Below, one piece after another: positions 60,379 through 64,000 of a DNA stretch of 64,000 nt (within the stretch, counting starts at the first letter, position 1; every line of letters starts with the position of its first letter). The position numbers were made by a program, and so were the translations under genes. The DNA is from a virus. The stretch lies in IMG/VR virus record IMGVR_UViG_3300031521_000011, positions 104,245-168,244 of that record, one strand, 5' to 3'. The notes under the pieces are model-generated. The model had not been told where the DNA came from, did not search any database, and worked only from the letters and a program-made list of their open reading frames with translations.

Positions 60379-60402
60379 GCCGGTCTATTTCCCGGCTGCC
60401 AG
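60379..60402 (-). repeat. Dispersed hairpin motif CTGGCAGCCGGGAAA(YA)GACCGGC (also 55785-55805, 58703-58722, 60097-60118)
   Basis: Four related copies, all within the tRNA region. Confidence 0.65.
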
Positions 60403-60410
60403 TAACCTAT

Positions 60411-60734
60411 CTATCTCCACCCCTGACCATTCTTTCCCTGTATTCCTGGGCTTTCGCCTGATTCGGTCTGGTGGAAATAGAAATTAGCATCGGATGGAAG
60501 CATGAATTCGATCATGCAAAAGTTAGCAACGTCGAGCAAGAATTCTAAATTACCAGTTTCCCTGAACTTGGCCAAATACTTATCAATGCTTTTATCAGCG
60601 CTAAACGGCTTGTCCTGCCCGTAATTATCAGCTAACTTTCCGTATTTATAGAATGAAAACTGCATCCTATTCTTTCGTAATTGGTCAAACTCTTCAGAAT
60701 ATTCTGTAGATAAAATTCGTTCAGTCTCCGTCAT
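60411..60734 (-). CDS. Conserved-looking phage protein (possibly MazG/all-alpha NTP-PPase-like)
   Basis: RMQFSFYKYG..ETGNLEFLLDVANFCMIEF. Confidence 0.5.
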   Translation of the reverse strand: MTETERILSTEYSEEFDQLRKNRMQFSFYKYGKLADNYGQDKPFSADKSIDKYLAKFRETGNLEFLLDVANFCMIEFMLPSDANFYFHQTESGESPGIQGKNGQGWR

Positions 60735-60752
60735 GTTCTGCCTCCACGTAAA

Positions 60753-61055
60753 CTATTTGACGATCATCCAATCCAGGCCGAAGATATCCTCGGCCGTGAA
60801 TAGAACTCCTGGATGCCACTTGCCGTCCGATGTGAACATTGCAAGATATGGTTGGCTATCCAGCGGCGTATCTTCGCCGATATGCTTTGCTGTTCTGTCG
60901 TTTACTTTGGGACCCGGCTCCTGACGACTATGTGGCGGAAGTTGAAGCGCCGGCATCACGACTATGAATTTCATTCTGGCATCCCATCCAGATCGAGCGA
61001 GTTTGTGGCCATCCTTCAGGAATGCAATGGCCACTTCGAGACCGAATCCTTCCAT
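60753..61055 (-). CDS. DUF2829 / Tad2-like nucleotide-sponge protein
   Basis: AIAFLKDGHKLARSGW..PYLAM..EDIFGLDWMIV; start ATG 61055 after AGGAGG. Confidence 0.72.
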   Translation of the reverse strand: MEGFGLEVAIAFLKDGHKLARSGWDARMKFIVVMPALQLPPHSRQEPGPKVNDRTAKHIGEDTPLDSQPYLAMFTSDGKWHPGVLFTAEDIFGLDWMIVK

Positions 61056-61212
61056 GCTTAGACCTCCTTCACTGTGTGTCATGTTTGACATTGCTTTGTC
61101 ATGTTGATAGTATTAACTTGCTGACGAAGGTGAATTTTGACTTCGTCAGCCTTCAATACGTCGTTTCGAGTCACTACCCCATTATAGTACATAGGAGGGG
61201 CGATATTCAAGT

Positions 61213-61926
61213 ATGAATAAATCTATTGAGACACCAGATGGCATTATAGTCACTAATATCAGTAGAGCCAATTCCATAGAGGAGTATTATAAGAATCCAA
61301 ACAAATGCCGACACTGTGGATCTGTTATTAGGGTGAAAGAGAACCGAAAGGTATCAGAAGCCAGGAGAAAGGTGTTTTGTGGTTATTCATGCTCTGCATC
61401 TTACAACAATACATCGTCTCCAAAGAGGAAAGCGAAGAAATCTGGCAAATGTCTTGAATGCGGTATTGTCATCACGTACACACAAGCGCCAAATGGTAAG
61501 TACAATCGACCAAAATATTGTGCTAAATGCTGCCATAAAGTAGGGCTTAGAAACAGATATAGCTCTCAAAATTACAAATGCATCACTACGAATGAAACCA
61601 CTAAAGGTGATATGCGCCTTGCGCTGAAACACGGAAGCCTATTCAAACCTTACATCGTAAAGAATGCCTCTAAGGCTTATCGCGATGCTGGGAAGCCTAA
61701 TATGTGCCTCATTTGCGGATATCCGCGCATTGAAGTTTGTCATATTCAATCCGTTGCGTCTTTTTCAGACACAACTCCGATTTCCGTGATAAATAATCCA
61801 GATAATTTAGTTGGCCTCTGTCCAAACCATCACAAGGAATACGACAGAGGCCAACTCACACTACCTATAGCTGTAGAATATTCAGTGGTAGATATGGCAG
61901 ATGTGAATCAGCCTGGGGCACAGTGA
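61213..61926 (+). CDS. HNH endonuclease with Zn-finger repeats, antisense to surroundings
   Basis: CLICG..EVCHI..NLVGLCPNHHKEYDRG; N-terminal CxxC...FCGYSC; AGGAGG SD. Confidence 0.85.
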   Translation: MNKSIETPDGIIVTNISRANSIEEYYKNPNKCRHCGSVIRVKENRKVSEARRKVFCGYSCSASYNNTSSPKRKAKKSGKCLECGIVITYTQAPNGKYNRPKYCAKCCHKVGLRNRYSSQNYKCITTNETTKGDMRLALKHGSLFKPYIVKNASKAYRDAGKPNMCLICGYPRIEVCHIQSVASFSDTTPISVINNPDNLVGLCPNHHKEYDRGQLTLPIAVEYSVVDMADVNQPGAQ

Positions 61927-62421
61927 TTTGGATGGCCTCATCTTCAGCAAGAAAGCCTCGAGGCTTTTGTGATAATAAGGAGTATTTTGGGTGGCTGTGG
62001 GGAAATCATATACCCATAATGAACCATCCTCATTGAATTTGGCTGCAACAGTATGGAATACCATTCCTCCGAAGTGGAATGTGATAATGCTAACCAGTGG
62101 AATTTGACTTTCCACGGTATGCAGAACGCGATATCCACGGTGTTTAAAGTAATCATCAATACCGGTAGGGCTAACTCCAATTACAATGGGCTCTCCCTGC
62201 TTTTCGTAATACTCCACCAGCTGCCTAAAGTCTGAGAAGTATACACTTCCAATTACTTGTTCGGCGTTCCATGTTGCCGTCACGCCACACCCGCGATCTG
62301 AGATGTTAAGTCCAACTGGAGATTTTTTACCGAAGAAACCAAGGAAAGCATCAATACCGATATAAAAGCTTCCAAATGGAATTGAACTGATACTTGGGTC
62401 GTTCTGAAATAGTAATTTCAT
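61882..62421 (-). CDS. Hypothetical protein
   Basis: GGAGG SD before ATG 62421 (the longer ORF call runs through tRNA-Pro). Confidence 0.55.
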   Translation of the reverse strand: MKLLFQNDPSISSIPFGSFYIGIDAFLGFFGKKSPVGLNISDRGCGVTATWNAEQVIGSVYFSDFRQLVEYYEKQGEPIVIGVSPTGIDDYFKHRGYRVLHTVESQIPLVSIITFHFGGMVFHTVAAKFNEDGSLWVYDFPTATQNTPYYHKSLEAFLLKMRPSKSLCPRLIHICHIYH

Positions 62422-62443
62422 TTCTTCCTCCAGATAAAGGATA

Positions 62444-62520
62444 TGGTCGGGATGATAGGATTTGAACCTACGGCCCCGCGCTCCCAAAGTGCGTGCGCTA
62501 CCAGACTGCGCTACATCCCG
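62444..62520 (-). tRNA. tRNA-Pro(TGG)
   Basis: CGGGATG acceptor, TT TGG GA loop, ACCA. Confidence 0.93.
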
Positions 62521-62740
62521 ACGGCCCACATTGCTGTGGGCAATGGTTTAGGATTGTTTCTCGAAATTATCAATGGCTTCTTGAGCGGTTTTCATGCTCT
62601 TCAAGCACTCCTGGGGATAGCGCTTCCCGTAAAGCTCAATGAGTTTTCTTACCTGAGCGTCCGTGGCTGGAATATTATCCGTATCCACGCCGTACTTTTC
62701 CATAGACATGATTAATCACCTCATTGATATTATAGCACAA

Positions 62741-63103
62741 TTATGCATAGGGAGTAGTATTTTCACGGATCACCTTTTCCATCTGTCGCTTGATTTCAAT
62801 TTTTTCCCTAAGAGCCGCCTCATACATCTCTTTCCTTGCAGGACATGGCTCACAGAGAAATTTGTAGTATGGATCAATGGCCAGGAAATCTAAGTACAGC
62901 TTCAGAAGAACATAATCAGATGTCCCCTTTGTCGGGTCAAGCTTCTTACAGAATGTATTAAATAACCTCTCTACATCAAGACCGACCAGTTCAAGGTTTT
63001 TTTGCATTTCTGTTATGGCAGCTGTCTCCTTAAGGATTGATTCGGCGCGCCGGCTAAGATCTATAGTCATGAGCATCTCTGGCATATTAATCACCTCCAT
63101 CAA
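62741..63103 (-). CDS. Coiled-coil hypothetical protein
   Basis: Directly downstream of sbcD; start probably ATG 63085. Confidence 0.5.
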   Translation of the reverse strand: MMEVINMPEMLMTIDLSRRAESILKETAAITEMQKNLELVGLDVERLFNTFCKKLDPTKGTSDYVLLKLYLDFLAIDPYYKFLCEPCPARKEMYEAALREKIEIKRQMEKVIRENTTPYA

Positions 63104-63992
63104 TGTTCCCGCCCACTGCTATGTGGGCCTTCTCGATGCGCCGCCGGGCTTCATTTACCACAGCCGTGCTCATGCGGATATCGCCATGCTGCTTGTTCTC
63201 CTCATCTGCAATTAACTGCATGATCTCGAGAATGTCTGTGGTTTTGACCTCGAAATCTGAGATAGATTGAGCAAACACAGCCATCTGCTCTTGCTGCTCT
63301 TTCTCCTTCTCCAGCTGCTCCCTATCCAGCACTTCGTCGGCCGGCTTGGCGCATTTCAATGGAATCAGCCGGATATCGAAGTCGCCCGGGCCGTTGACAA
63401 TGACCAGCGCTACCCGTACATCACGATTGATCTCACCAACTGCTGCAGACACGCGGCCTAGAGCCCCGGGGTTACAGAATAGCTTATTGTTACGCTTAAT
63501 GACACCGAATCCCTCATGCTCATGGCCGGCCAGTACGATATCAGCCTTGGTATCGAGTATGTCATCAATCATCGTGTGAGGGATCGTCTCAAGGCGCTTC
63601 TTGGCGGACAGGTACCCATGCACGATATGAATTTTAACACTCCCCATTGGATTGTTGGGGGAATAATCCTCAGTGCGCCCGCCTTTATCAAGACCGTAGT
63701 AGCTATCACATCCGCTGATACCGACGGTAAAATCATTATCATTGAAGTCGTCGCAGTTTGCGAATTCAACCCAATTATCATCGCCGAGCGGATTATACAG
63801 CCCAGAGCTCATCAGCACGCCAAGCATGGTCCGGCCCACGGTCTCCGGATTGAATCCAAAGATATCATGATTACCGATAACTCCATACAGAGGAACGTCC
63901 CATGCCTTGATGATTCGGAAGATGTCAATTACCACAGAGGGGCTGGGATCGGGACGGTTGAAGATATCCCCACCGCACAGTATGGCGGACAC
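63087..63992 (-). CDS. sbcD: SbcD/Mre11-like metallophosphoesterase nuclease (5' truncated by window)
   Basis: GGDIF, GNHD, VHG, GHEH, NPGAL motifs. Confidence 0.9.
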   Translation of the reverse strand: MSAILCGGDIFNRPDPSPSVVIDIFRIIKAWDVPLYGVIGNHDIFGFNPETVGRTMLGVLMSSGLYNPLGDDNWVEFANCDDFNDNDFTVGISGCDSYYGLDKGGRTEDYSPNNPMGSVKIHIVHGYLSAKKRLETIPHTMIDDILDTKADIVLAGHEHEGFGVIKRNNKLFCNPGALGRVSAAVGEINRDVRVALVIVNGPGDFDIRLIPLKCAKPADEVLDREQLEKEKEQQEQMAVFAQSISDFEVKTTDILEIMQLIADEENKQHGDIRMSTAVVNEARRRIEKAHIAVGGNIDGGD

Positions 63993-64000
63993 CTTGTTCG

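Noticed and set aside
52058-60402. CRISPR array or mini-array
   Set aside because: The recurring sequences are tRNA D/T arms and one dispersed hairpin; no regularly spaced identical repeats and no cas genes
52021-62520. tRNA-associated theta (HDV-like) or hammerhead ribozymes
   Set aside because: Canonical tRNAs already encode CCA, and no HDV pseudoknot or CTGATGA/GAAA core could be recognised by eye; a covariance search would be needed

Overview
This is 64 kb of a large contractile-tailed (myovirus, probably jumbo-type) phage genome. The host is most likely a Firmicute/Clostridia, judged from the AGGAGG RBSs, sigmaA-type promoters, Firmicute-type tRNA-Ile2 and SH3b/PG-binding lysins. The genetic code is standard. 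Bases 1-29.6 kb (+ strand) are the late module: tape-measure C-terminus, two tail-associated peptidoglycan hydrolases, a spike-like protein, a sigma-70-like factor, baseplate wedge/J proteins and tail fibres, one with collagen-like GxT repeats followed by a methyltransferase and a GT4 glycosyltransferase. Next comes the most striking locus, a CXXX-repeat radical-SAM peptide-modification cassette. It consists of a 524-aa substrate with 111 Cys in uninterrupted CxxxC/CxxC repeats behind a triplicated tail-protein-like N-terminal motif, an rSAM/SPASM maturase whose CxxxCxxC cluster motif is split by a 350-aa LAGLIDADG intein, and an ORF fusing a short Cys-rich precursor to two helper domains. The endolysin and holin-like genes follow. 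Bases 29.7-64 kb (- strand) hold an SF2 helicase, a family of small hydrophobic peptides sharing a promoter motif, a primase-helicase, two divergent beta-clamp-like proteins, DnaE inside a three-piece split SbcC, a second rSAM, a YhaM-like nuclease, DUF932, ThyA, PnuC-like, PTP-like, DUF2829/Tad2-like, an antisense HNH and SbcD. A ~10-kb RNA-rich region there contains 11 canonical tRNAs, about 10 tRNA-like RNAs that keep D/T arms but have remodelled anticodon arms, and several unexplained structured elements. All family assignments come from motif recognition by eye; no searches were run.
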